Virus record (IMG/VR): IMGVR_UViG_3300028138_000002
Location: 1 to 42,144 of that record
Direction: 5' to 3' (one strand)
Source of the DNA: a virus
Taxonomy: Duplodnaviria > Caudoviricetes
Length of the DNA stretch: 42,144 nt
The position numbers were made by a program, and so were the translations under genes. The notes beneath the pieces are model-generated. The model searched no databases and was not told the origin of the DNA. It saw only the letters and a program-made list of their open reading frames with translations. How positions within the stretch are numbered: the first letter of the stretch is position 1; every line of letters begins with the position of its first letter. Of this stretch, positions 1 to 8,417 are shown in pieces.

Positions 1-127
1 GGTGACCGAGGTCGCGCGTTCACCGCGACAATGGGACGCGCCCGGCACGCCCGTCAGCGGCGATCCGATCCTCGCCGTCGCGCTCACGCCGATCGTCGCG
101 GCGGTGGTCAACGCGGTCAAAACACTG
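1..127. repeat. 127-bp terminal overlap, identical to 42018-42144 (circular assembly join)
   Basis: ggtgaccgag...aaaacactg occurs at both ends and lies inside a CDS that reads through the join. 127 is a common assembler k-mer. Confidence 0.95.
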
Positions 128-169
128 CACGCGCGCCTTGACGTGATCGAAACGAAGGGAGCCGCCTGA
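2..169 (+). CDS. C-terminal end of the tail fibre/S74 chaperone gene that starts at 40510 (wraps the circle)
   Basis: In frame with the 40510 ORF: VTEVARSPRQWDAPG...LTPIVAAVVNAVKTLHARLDVIETKGAA*, a typical S74 C-terminal helix; TGA at 167-169. Confidence 0.85.
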   Translation: MTEVARSPRQWDAPGTPVSGDPILAVALTPIVAAVVNAVKTLHARLDVIETKGAA

Positions 170-348
170 TGCCGGACACGATGACCGTCGAGGCCCCCGT
201 CCCGCCCCGGCTGATCCAACCCACCGATCGACTCAGCGTGACGCTGGAGGCGCGGCAATGGGAGGCGGTCATGTCGCTGCTCGCCGAAGCGCCATATCGT
301 GTCTCGGCGGCGCTGATCGACGCCATACGCGGCCAGTGCGTGAACTGA
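169..348 (+). CDS. small conserved-type phage protein downstream of tail fibre (59 aa)
   Basis: TGATG overlap with the upstream stop; MPDTMTVEAP...LLAEAPYRVSAALIDAIRGQCVN; below the ORF-track length cutoff. Confidence 0.7.
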   Translation: MPDTMTVEAPVPPRLIQPTDRLSVTLEARQWEAVMSLLAEAPYRVSAALIDAIRGQCVN

Positions 349-360
349 AGGAGGGAGGCC

Positions 361-675
361 ATGCCGACCAACGCCGGCGAGATGACGCAGACGCCGCCCG
401 GCGACCCGCAATGGGTCGCGTCCGACGGCAAATATCATCACGGTTACGTCAACCAGCCCAATCCGGCCCGGCCGCATACCGGCGTCTCGACCGGCACCCG
501 TCGCGATTTTCGCCGCCGCAATGGTTGGCTCGGCTCGAGGGGGATCGGCGGCTGGATGGTCCGCGTGCCGCGCGACCCGGCCGGGACGTGGTTCATCTCG
601 CTGGCCGACGACAGCAGCGAGACGACCCTGGTGAACCCGCCGACGGCGATGAAGCCGCCGGCCGGGGTGCGCTGA
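361..675 (+). CDS. hypothetical protein (tail region)
   Basis: Strong GGAGG RBS; TGATG coupling to the next gene. Confidence 0.7.
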   Translation: MPTNAGEMTQTPPGDPQWVASDGKYHHGYVNQPNPARPHTGVSTGTRRDFRRRNGWLGSRGIGGWMVRVPRDPAGTWFISLADDSSETTLVNPPTAMKPPAGVR

Positions 676-1748
676 TGCCCGATACCTACACGCCGGGCCT
701 GGCGCTGATCAAACCGGAGGTCGGCGCCTCGCGCGACAGTTGGGGTTCCAAAACGAACACCAACTGGGACACGCTCGACCAGTTCGTTTCGCAGGCCATG
801 CCGATCGGCGCGGTGCTGGACTTCGCCGGCCCCAACGCGCCGTCCGGCTGGCTGATCTGTGACGGTCGCGCGGTCAGCCGCACGACCTACAGCGACCTGT
901 TCGCCGTCATCGGCACGTACTGGGGCGCCGGCGACGGCTCGACGACGTTCACCCTGCCCAACCCGACCGGCCGCGCCTCGATCGGACCCGGGACGGTGAC
1001 CGACCAGGCCGGCCAGACCGCGACATTCGGCTTCGCCACCACGGCCGGCTACGTCTGGAACACGATCGCGCAGGCGCATCTGCCGAATTACGCGCTTTAC
1101 ATCGACGCGCAGGGCCAGCACAGCCACGGCGGCGCCAGCGTGGCGGCCGGCGGGCACAGTCACACCACCGACGCGCAGGGCAATCACAGCCACGGCGGCG
1201 GGACGACGAACAACAACCTCGACCACACGCACAGCGGCTCGACCGATACGCAAGGCGATCATAATCACAGCTACACGCAAACCGTGACGAATAACGGCGA
1301 CTTCATCGGCTCCGGTCATCCCGGCGTTTCGCAGACCGGCGCGTTCACCAGCGTCGCCGGGGCGCACGCGCACAACGTCTCGACCGGCGGCGCCAGCACG
1401 GCGCACTCGCACGGCATTTACGCTGACGGCAGCCACGCGCATAACATCAGCTGGGTCGGCGATCACCAGCACGCGATTTACGCTGATGGCAACCACACTC
1501 ACAATGTTTACCTGAACGGCTCGGGGCAGGCCTTCGAAGTGCTGTCGCCGGTCATGGTGGTGACCAAGATCATCTACGCTGGCAATCAGGCCTCGACCCG
1601 CGCCGCGCTGACCGCCGCCCCGGCGGCGGCATCGGCCGACGCGGCCGAGGAGATGGCGACGATCCGCGAGGAGCTGGCGGCATTGCGGGCCATGCTCATG
1701 CCGGCCACGCGGCGGGTCGTGAGCACCCCCGGCCGGGGTCCGCACTGA
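675..1748 (+). CDS. tail fibre protein with tail-collar domain and HxH repeats
   Basis: True start ATG 675; MPIGAVLDFAGPNAPSGWLICDGRAVSRTTYSDLFAVIGTYWGAGDGSTTFTLP is a phage tail collar; 10 HxH motifs follow. Confidence 0.85.
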   Translation: MPDTYTPGLALIKPEVGASRDSWGSKTNTNWDTLDQFVSQAMPIGAVLDFAGPNAPSGWLICDGRAVSRTTYSDLFAVIGTYWGAGDGSTTFTLPNPTGRASIGPGTVTDQAGQTATFGFATTAGYVWNTIAQAHLPNYALYIDAQGQHSHGGASVAAGGHSHTTDAQGNHSHGGGTTNNNLDHTHSGSTDTQGDHNHSYTQTVTNNGDFIGSGHPGVSQTGAFTSVAGAHAHNVSTGGASTAHSHGIYADGSHAHNISWVGDHQHAIYADGNHTHNVYLNGSGQAFEVLSPVMVVTKIIYAGNQASTRAALTAAPAAASADAAEEMATIREELAALRAMLMPATRRVVSTPGRGPH

Positions 1749-3298
1749 TGCCCCGGGTCACGCAGGCGCCGCCGCCGGGCGTGGTCCGCAACGCCACGCC
1801 AGAGGCGACCCCCGGGCGGTGGTGGGATACCAACCTGATCCGCTTCCGGGGCGGGCAGCTGCAGCCGATCGGCGGCAACGTCGCGGTGCCAGGTGCTGCG
1901 GTCAGCGACATGCCGCGCGATCTGCTGACGTGGCACGACAACGATCATGTGCGCTGGGCCGCGTTCGGCACGGATACGAAACTTTACGTCTATCGCTTCG
2001 ACCTCGCTGAGCTGATCGACATCACCCCGGCCGGTGTCGGCGCGCTCGACCCGCCCGGGGCGCGGATCGGCTACGGCCTCGCGGACTATGGCGACGCGGC
2101 CTACGGCACCGCGCGCGACCCGGCCGATATCGGGCCGCAGGATATCGCGGCGACGATGGGCGATATGTGGTCGCTCGATACGTTCGGCGAGGACCTGTTG
2201 GTGGTGCCGACCCAGGACGGGCATCTGTTCCGCTGGTCGCCGACGACGCCCACCGCCGTGGCCGCGCTGGTGCCCAACGCGCCGGACCAGAACCGTGGCG
2301 TCATCGTCACCGATCAACGCCATGTGGTTTTGTTGGGCGCCGGCGGCGATCCGCGCATGATCGCCTGGAGCGATCAGGAAAACCCCGACGTGTGGACCGC
2401 CGACGTGACCAACCTCGCCGGCGACAAATTGTTACAGACGCAATCCTACGCGATGACGGCGAAGAAAGTTTCGGATGGCGTCCTGATATTCACCGCCAAC
2501 GATGTGCATAAGATGCAATATGTGGGCGCGCCCTACGCCTACGGCATCGTGCAGATCGCGGCCGGGTGCGGGCCGCTCTCGCCGCGCGCGGTCGCCGGCG
2601 TCGGTTCGTTCCTGGCGTGGCCCGGCCTGCAGACGTTCTGGAGCTACACCGGCGGCAGCGTCACGCCATTGAAATGTGACGTGCAGGACTGGTTTTTCTC
2701 GCTGGTGAACCGGACCATGGCGGGGCGTGTGTTCAGCGGTCCCAATCCTTCCTTTTCGGAACTCTGGTGGGACTGGCCGGATGAAGGCGCGCTGGAGTGT
2801 GATCGCTACATCGTATTGAATTATTCCGATCCGGCGCACCCGTGGGCGATCGGCGCGCGGACGCGGACGGCGGCTGATCCGTCCGGCACCATGGACTACC
2901 CGATCATGGGCGGCCCGCTGGGCGCCGGCGGGTCTTTGTTCCTGCACGAGTATGGCTGGCTCGATAACGGCGTGCCGCGTGCCCCGGCGGGCGAGATCTA
3001 CGCCGAAAGCGGCAACATCACGCTGGGCGAGGGCGACAGGCGCCTGCACGTGCGTCAGCTCGTGTTCGACGCCGCCGGCGGCGTGGCGGACATGATCGGA
3101 TACCGCTTCTTCGTCCGCGAGCAGCCCTACGACGCGGCCGGCGAGTATGATACAGGGCTTTATACCGAGATCCACGAGGGTCTGATGGATATGCGTTTCA
3201 GCGGCAGATCGATCCGCATGCGAATGGAAGCCCTGGCCGATGACACCTTCGCGGTGGGCCGTCCGCGCCTCGACGTCAAGCCCGGCGGGTCGCGCTGA
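1748..3298 (+). CDS. tail tubular/nozzle-type (head-closure/stabilisation) virion protein
   Basis: PPGVVRNAT...GRWWDTNLIRF...QPIGG N-terminus, IAWSDQEN motif, beta-rich composition, position before the ejection genes. Confidence 0.7.
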   Translation: MPRVTQAPPPGVVRNATPEATPGRWWDTNLIRFRGGQLQPIGGNVAVPGAAVSDMPRDLLTWHDNDHVRWAAFGTDTKLYVYRFDLAELIDITPAGVGALDPPGARIGYGLADYGDAAYGTARDPADIGPQDIAATMGDMWSLDTFGEDLLVVPTQDGHLFRWSPTTPTAVAALVPNAPDQNRGVIVTDQRHVVLLGAGGDPRMIAWSDQENPDVWTADVTNLAGDKLLQTQSYAMTAKKVSDGVLIFTANDVHKMQYVGAPYAYGIVQIAAGCGPLSPRAVAGVGSFLAWPGLQTFWSYTGGSVTPLKCDVQDWFFSLVNRTMAGRVFSGPNPSFSELWWDWPDEGALECDRYIVLNYSDPAHPWAIGARTRTAADPSGTMDYPIMGGPLGAGGSLFLHEYGWLDNGVPRAPAGEIYAESGNITLGEGDRRLHVRQLVFDAAGGVADMIGYRFFVREQPYDAAGEYDTGLYTEIHEGLMDMRFSGRSIRMRMEALADDTFAVGRPRLDVKPGGSR

Positions 3299-3525
3299 TG
3301 GCGGTGCGTCCGGTCAGCTACGCGCCGGCCCCGTTCGCGGTCCCCGCCGGCGGCACGATCGAGGACCGTTTCAACGCCATCGCGATCGAGCTGAACCGCA
3401 AGGCGAACGCCGGCACGGCGGGGCCGGCGTTCAGGTTCATCGGCATGATCTCGCCCAACGGCACGACCTGGCGGCTGTCGGTCGATGACGCCGGCGTCGT
3501 CCACACCGAGGTGGTCCCCAGATGA
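3298..3525 (+). CDS. small virion-associated protein
   Basis: TGATG coupling; SPNGTTWRLSVDDAG motif common in podovirus small tail proteins. Confidence 0.7.
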   Translation: MAVRPVSYAPAPFAVPAGGTIEDRFNAIAIELNRKANAGTAGPAFRFIGMISPNGTTWRLSVDDAGVVHTEVVPR

Positions 3526-3722
3526 GCGTTTCCACGCGTCCGCCGCCACCGCCCCGCCCGGCCGCGATCGTCCCCGTCCCGGCCGGCACGCCGCTGACGC
3601 CGGCGAAGGAGATCCCCGAGCTGCCCCTGGTCAGCGCGATCCTGTTCCGCGCCACCGATGGCTCCACGTGGAGGATGCGGATCTCACCGACCGGGACGCT
3701 GCTGATCGATCCGGCGCCGTGA
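3522..3722 (+). CDS. small protein, paralog of 3298-3525
   Basis: ATGA coupling; ATDGSTWRMRISPTG motif. Confidence 0.6.
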   Translation: MSVSTRPPPPPRPAAIVPVPAGTPLTPAKEIPELPLVSAILFRATDGSTWRMRISPTGTLLIDPAP

Positions 3723-4102
3723 CCGAAGACGAGCGTCGCCGCCGGATCGAGCGGGCGCTGGCCTACGGCGGCACGCACGACCTCGGCGACCTCGCCGACC
3801 TGATCCAGAAGGGCGAGGCGCAATGGTGGCAGGATGACAGCGGCGAGGGCATGATCGTCACCGAGATCCACGCGTATCCGAAACTGAAGGCGCTGAGCTA
3901 CTGGCTGATCGCCGGTGAGCTGCGGGCCTGCCTCGCGCTGGAGGACCGCATCAACGCCTGGGGCGTCGGGCAGGGCTGCACCATCGCGATATCGACCGGA
4001 CGCAAGGGCTGGGTGCGCGCGGCGGCGGCGACCGGCTGGCGGCCGAGGCCGCATATGTTCCCGGTGTGGAAACCCCTGGTCGGCGAGGAGCCGGGCGCGT
4101 GA
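3719..4102 (+). CDS. GNAT-fold-like phage protein preceding internal virion genes
   Basis: GTG start overlapping the previous stop; IERALAYGGTH...IVTEI..YP..K.L..WL.AG...GC......GRKGW motif. Confidence 0.65.
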   Translation: MTEDERRRRIERALAYGGTHDLGDLADLIQKGEAQWWQDDSGEGMIVTEIHAYPKLKALSYWLIAGELRACLALEDRINAWGVGQGCTIAISTGRKGWVRAAAATGWRPRPHMFPVWKPLVGEEPGA

Positions 4103-5265
4103 GCAAAAGCAAGCCGCAGACCGAAACCACGGCGACCAACACCTCCACCCAGATCCCCGACTGGCTGACCAGTGCCGCGCAGGGGGCGGTCGGGCGGGCG
4201 CAGGATCTCAGCAACAGGCAATACGATCCCTATACCGGGCAGGTCGTCGCCACGCCCGGGGCGGATATTCAGCAGTCCTACCAACAGGTCCGCGATCTGC
4301 AGGGGCAGCAACAGCCGGCCTATGACGCCAGCAAGGCGGCGTTCACCGGCATGCTCGGGCAGGTGGCGCCGATCACCGCCGGCGGGGTCAACGACACCGC
4401 CGGCCAGCTCTACGGCGGCTATCAGCAGAACGTGATGAACCCGGCGCAGGGGCTGCTCGGCGGCTACCTCCAGGGCGGCCCGGCGACGGCGGCCCAGGTG
4501 GGCGCCAACGCGCAGGCGCTGATGAATCCTTACACCCAGCAGGTGATCGATCCGACGATCGCCGCCGGCCAGCAGCAGCTCGCGCTGGCGAACCAGGGTA
4601 TCGCCGGGCAGGCCAACAATGTCGGGGCGTTCGGCGGCTCGCGTCAGGGCGTCCAACAGGGCGTGGCGACGGCGCAGACGGCGCTCGGCACGCAGCAACA
4701 GATCGGCAACCTGCTCAGCAGCGGCTGGGGTCAGGCGCTGACGCCGTCCGCGCAGCTGGCGCTGCAGTCGGGCCAGCAGGCCTATGGCGCGGCGGGGCTG
4801 CTCGCCAACCTCGGCGCGCAGGGCTACGGCGCGGCCCAGCAACAGGCCGGCAACATCGCCAACACGAACCTGCAGGCGGGCCTGACGTCGGCGCAGCAGC
4901 TGCCCGGGGTCGCGACCGCCGAGCAGGCGGCGGCGCAGAAAGACGCGTCCCTGCTGCAGACGATCGGCGCGGCGCAGCAGAACCAGCAGCAGCAGCAGCT
5001 GAACGCCCAGATGGGCCAGTTCTATGAGCAGCAGAACTGGCCCGTGCAGAACCTCGACCTCCTGCTCGGCGCCGTCGGTGGCGTGCCCTATTCGACGACC
5101 GGCACGGGCGTGAACACCGCGACCCAGAACCTGAACAAGAACGTGGCCGGCGGGGCCGTGGGCGGGGCGCTGTCGGGGGCGGCCACCGGTGCCGCCGTCA
5201 GCGGGGGCAACCCCTATGTCGCGGCCGGTGGCGCCGTCATCGGCCTGCTGGGATCACTCGGATGA
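4099..5265 (+). CDS. internal virion / DNA ejection protein (Gln/Ala/Gly-rich)
   Basis: GTGA overlap; TQIPDW..YDPYTGQ, GAFGGSRQG motifs; C-terminal glycine-rich hydrophobic segment. Confidence 0.75.
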   Translation: MSKSKPQTETTATNTSTQIPDWLTSAAQGAVGRAQDLSNRQYDPYTGQVVATPGADIQQSYQQVRDLQGQQQPAYDASKAAFTGMLGQVAPITAGGVNDTAGQLYGGYQQNVMNPAQGLLGGYLQGGPATAAQVGANAQALMNPYTQQVIDPTIAAGQQQLALANQGIAGQANNVGAFGGSRQGVQQGVATAQTALGTQQQIGNLLSSGWGQALTPSAQLALQSGQQAYGAAGLLANLGAQGYGAAQQQAGNIANTNLQAGLTSAQQLPGVATAEQAAAQKDASLLQTIGAAQQNQQQQQLNAQMGQFYEQQNWPVQNLDLLLGAVGGVPYSTTGTGVNTATQNLNKNVAGGAVGGALSGAATGAAVSGGNPYVAAGGAVIGLLGSLG

Positions 5266-5690
5266 GCGGCATCACCCTCGACCCCGCCCTCCTCGCCAAC
5301 CTCAACGCCGGGGTCACGGCGGCCGGCGGCGATATCCCCGACCTGGGCGTCACCGGCGATCTGAAGGGCAGTAACCCTTTCGCCGCGTATTTCCCGACCT
5401 ACGCCGGCGGCACCGACACATCGGGCGCCAGCTCGGGCGACCTGGCCAAGACGCTGGCCGGCCTCGGCAAGATCTCTGGCGGCGGCGCATCCAGCGGTGG
5501 CGCGCCACCGGCCGCCGCCGCCCCGGGCATGGGTCAGGCCGGCTCGCCGCGCCGGCCGGTCAACCTTGAGCAGCTGATCCAGTTGCTGCGGCAGCGGCAG
5601 GAGGGGCTGCTCAACAGCGCGACAGGCGTCGGTCAGCAGGCCGGGCAGCCCCTGCCGGCGCCACGCACGACCGGGCTGCTGGGGTTTTAG
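5262..5690 (+). CDS. putative internal virion protein
   Basis: ATGA coupling, within the ejection-gene cluster, ends TTGLLGF. Confidence 0.6.
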   Translation: MSGITLDPALLANLNAGVTAAGGDIPDLGVTGDLKGSNPFAAYFPTYAGGTDTSGASSGDLAKTLAGLGKISGGGASSGGAPPAAAAPGMGQAGSPRRPVNLEQLIQLLRQRQEGLLNSATGVGQQAGQPLPAPRTTGLLGF

Positions 5691-5693
5691 GCC

Positions 5694-6002
5694 ATGGCGG
5701 ACAACACGACACCACCTGACGATCCGGACAAGCAGACGTGGACGCCGCCCGGCAACTGGCGAGATCCGACCAGCCAGAGCAATGATTTCTGGACCAATCT
5801 GGCGCAGGCGCAGGGCATCGCGCAGCACCCGCAAGGGGCCGCGCAACAACAATCCCTGGCGGCGGCCGGCTGGACGGCGCAGCCATCGCCGCAGCAGCAG
5901 GTCAGCCCGCAGACGCTGCAACAGATCGTGCAGATGTTGCAGCAGCGCCAGCCCGGGGTGGCGCGACCCGCGACCCCCGGCCTGCTCGGCGCGGCGGTGT
6001 AA
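5694..6002 (+). CDS. putative internal virion protein
   Basis: Within the ejection cluster; Q-rich; ends TPGLLGAAV. Confidence 0.6.
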   Translation: MADNTTPPDDPDKQTWTPPGNWRDPTSQSNDFWTNLAQAQGIAQHPQGAAQQQSLAAAGWTAQPSPQQQVSPQTLQQIVQMLQQRQPGVARPATPGLLGAAV

Positions 6003-6014
6003 CAAGGGGCGACC

Positions 6015-8405
6015 ATGGCCGACGACACACCCGACACCGCCGCACCGCCCTCCGCCGCCGGCATCGACCCGGCGACGCTGGCGCAACTGATCCGGCAGAC
6101 GCTGCGTCCGCCGCCGCCCGTCCCCGACGCGGCGGCGGGGCCGTCGTCACGCGACGGACGCGGCTTCCTGTCGCTGCTCGGCGAAGCGCTCGGCGGCGGC
6201 CAGCAGTATGGCTCGACGGCGGAACGTGAGCAGGGCGGGCTGGCGGCGGCGCAGGCGGCCGGCGCACGGATGATGATCGCGTCGGACTGGAGCGCCACGC
6301 CGCACACGCTGGGATCGATCATCGGGCAGGGCTACGGCGCGGCGCGCGAGAGCCTCGGCCAGACGCAGTCGGTTTCGGCGGCCCGCGCGGCGGCGGCGCA
6401 GGCGCTGGCACATCAGCAGCAGGAGGACCAGCTCGCCAGGATCAAGGAGGCGATCCCGCTGCTGACGCTGCAGCAGCAGCAGGCGCTGCTGGCGCAGACC
6501 GCCGGCATGCCGTCCTCGCTCGGTGGCGGCGGCAACATCGGCACGGCCGGTGACGGGACCTATGAGGGAGCGGTCGGCGGCCACGAGGGCACCGGGCAGA
6601 ACCCGCGCTCGTCGGCGTTCGGCACCGGCCAGTTCCTGGCCTCGACATGGCGCGACTTCGCCGCCGCGAACCCGGATCTGTTCAAGGGGATGACGCCGGA
6701 ACAGGTCCTGGCGGCGCGGGCCGACCCGGCGATCGGACGCCAGGCGATCACCTGGCTGGCGCAGCAGAACGCCGACGCGCTGACGAAGCAGGGTGTGACG
6801 CCGGACGGTCCCCTCCTCGGCATCGCGCACTATCTCGGCGTCGGGCCGGCGGCGGCCATCGCCAAGGCGCCCCCGACCGCGCCGGTGTCGAACTATGTCA
6901 GCGCCGCCGCGCTGGCGGCCAATCCTGAACTCGCGCGCATGACCGTGGGCCAGATGCGTGCCCGCTACGCCAACACGCCGGCGCCGTCGTTCCTGCGCCC
7001 CGGCCCGACGCCAGGGGCGCCACCCGGGGCGCCGGGCACGCAGCAGGCCGGCATCCCGGCGCCGCCGCGCCCGGTGGGCCAGCAGCCCGGCGCGCCGGTG
7101 CAGATCCCGCCGCCCACGGTGCCGACCGTGCAGACCGCCGGCCCGGGCGCCGGCACGCCGCCGGAAACCCCACCCGCCCCCACGCCGACCCCCGGCGCGG
7201 CTCCAGGCGCCCCGCCGGGCGGGGTGGACCCGGAGACAGGCCTGCCGGTCGCCGCCGGGCTGACGCCCCCGCCAGGGGCCGCGACGTCGTCGCCGACGAT
7301 GGAACCCCCGCCGGTGTTCACCTACGTGCCGCGTCCGCTGCCGGCCTCGCTGTTGCCGACGGGTGGGCTGTCGCCGGGCGAGCAGCAGACGTTCGACGCG
7401 GCGCGACGGGCCTATGAAAGCGCGATCCATGTCCCCGGCGTCACGCCGCAGCAGCGGCAGGCGGCCGAGATGCAGCTGCAGAAAACCCTCGACAGTCAGC
7501 TGACGGTGCAGGCCGGGCACGCCAAGGAGCTGTCCGACGCGGTCGTGAAGCTCGGCGAGGCGGACTACAAGCAGCAGCAAGGCGCGTTCGATAAGCAGCT
7601 GGAAGATTATTACAAGCGCGGCCAGTTCGCCCGCGAGCAGGCGGCGAGGGAGCAGGACGCGCGCACGGCGGCGGCGAACAAGCTCGCCGAGATCGAGGCC
7701 ACCGGCCGCCAGCAGCGCGAAAGCACCGCCGCCGGGGCGGTGGTGGAGAGCAACAAGCGGGTGCGGGATTCGATCGGCGACGACGCCACGGCGGCGGCGA
7801 AATCCATTCCGCAGCTGGAAGCATTGCGCGCGTTGTCGGACAACGTCGACGAAAGCACCGCGCCGTGGGCCAAGATGAACACGCGGCTGGCGACGATCCC
7901 GTTTGGCGGCACGACGCTGCTGAACCGGCTGACCCAGCTCGGGCTGGTCGACCCGACCACGGCCGGGCCGGTGCAGCAGCTGCAGGGCGGCATCTCGGGC
8001 GTGGTGGCACAGCTGCGCCAGGGCATGTCGATGGGCGCGCTGTCGGATCGGGATCTGAGCTTCATCGAGAGCCTCGGCCCCAGCCTCTACGAGGACAAGG
8101 CGACGCGCTCGGCGGTCATCTCCTACCTGCAACAGTCGCAGCGGGCGAAGATCCGTTTCAACAGCGTGTTCAACGAGGAGATGGCGAAGCCCGGCGCCAG
8201 CGCCGCCAGCGCGCTCGCCGCCGCGCGGGACTACATGGACAGCAAGCACCCGATCGTGCCGCAGATGACGCCGGACCTTGAAGCCCACTGGACCGATCCG
8301 GCACCGGACTGGCGGCAGAAGCGGATCGAATGGGCCAGGGATAACGGGGTGCGGCCCAACATGCTGGTGCGGCGGCCCAATGGCGCGCTGAAGCTGCTGG
8401 ACTAA
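6015..8405 (+). CDS. internal virion protein with lysozyme-like/lytic transglycosylase domain
   Basis: GHEGTGQNPRSSAFGTGQFLASTW...AHYLG matches the SLT/lysozyme-like motif pattern; Pro-rich linker; coiled-coil C-terminal half. Confidence 0.8.
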   Translation: MADDTPDTAAPPSAAGIDPATLAQLIRQTLRPPPPVPDAAAGPSSRDGRGFLSLLGEALGGGQQYGSTAEREQGGLAAAQAAGARMMIASDWSATPHTLGSIIGQGYGAARESLGQTQSVSAARAAAAQALAHQQQEDQLARIKEAIPLLTLQQQQALLAQTAGMPSSLGGGGNIGTAGDGTYEGAVGGHEGTGQNPRSSAFGTGQFLASTWRDFAAANPDLFKGMTPEQVLAARADPAIGRQAITWLAQQNADALTKQGVTPDGPLLGIAHYLGVGPAAAIAKAPPTAPVSNYVSAAALAANPELARMTVGQMRARYANTPAPSFLRPGPTPGAPPGAPGTQQAGIPAPPRPVGQQPGAPVQIPPPTVPTVQTAGPGAGTPPETPPAPTPTPGAAPGAPPGGVDPETGLPVAAGLTPPPGAATSSPTMEPPPVFTYVPRPLPASLLPTGGLSPGEQQTFDAARRAYESAIHVPGVTPQQRQAAEMQLQKTLDSQLTVQAGHAKELSDAVVKLGEADYKQQQGAFDKQLEDYYKRGQFAREQAAREQDARTAAANKLAEIEATGRQQRESTAAGAVVESNKRVRDSIGDDATAAAKSIPQLEALRALSDNVDESTAPWAKMNTRLATIPFGGTTLLNRLTQLGLVDPTTAGPVQQLQGGISGVVAQLRQGMSMGALSDRDLSFIESLGPSLYEDKATRSAVISYLQQSQRAKIRFNSVFNEEMAKPGASAASALAAARDYMDSKHPIVPQMTPDLEAHWTDPAPDWRQKRIEWARDNGVRPNMLVRRPNGALKLLD

Positions 8406-8417
8406 GGGAACGATCCG

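Noticed and set aside
1-127. Terminal repeat as a biological direct terminal repeat
   Set aside because: It is exactly 127 bp (a typical assembler k-mer) and lies mid-gene, so an assembly overlap is the better explanation.
258-674. N-terminal extensions given in the ORF track (258, also 26426, 21035, 16068, 34464)
   Set aside because: They overlap upstream genes or regulatory elements; downstream starts have an RBS or stop-start coupling.
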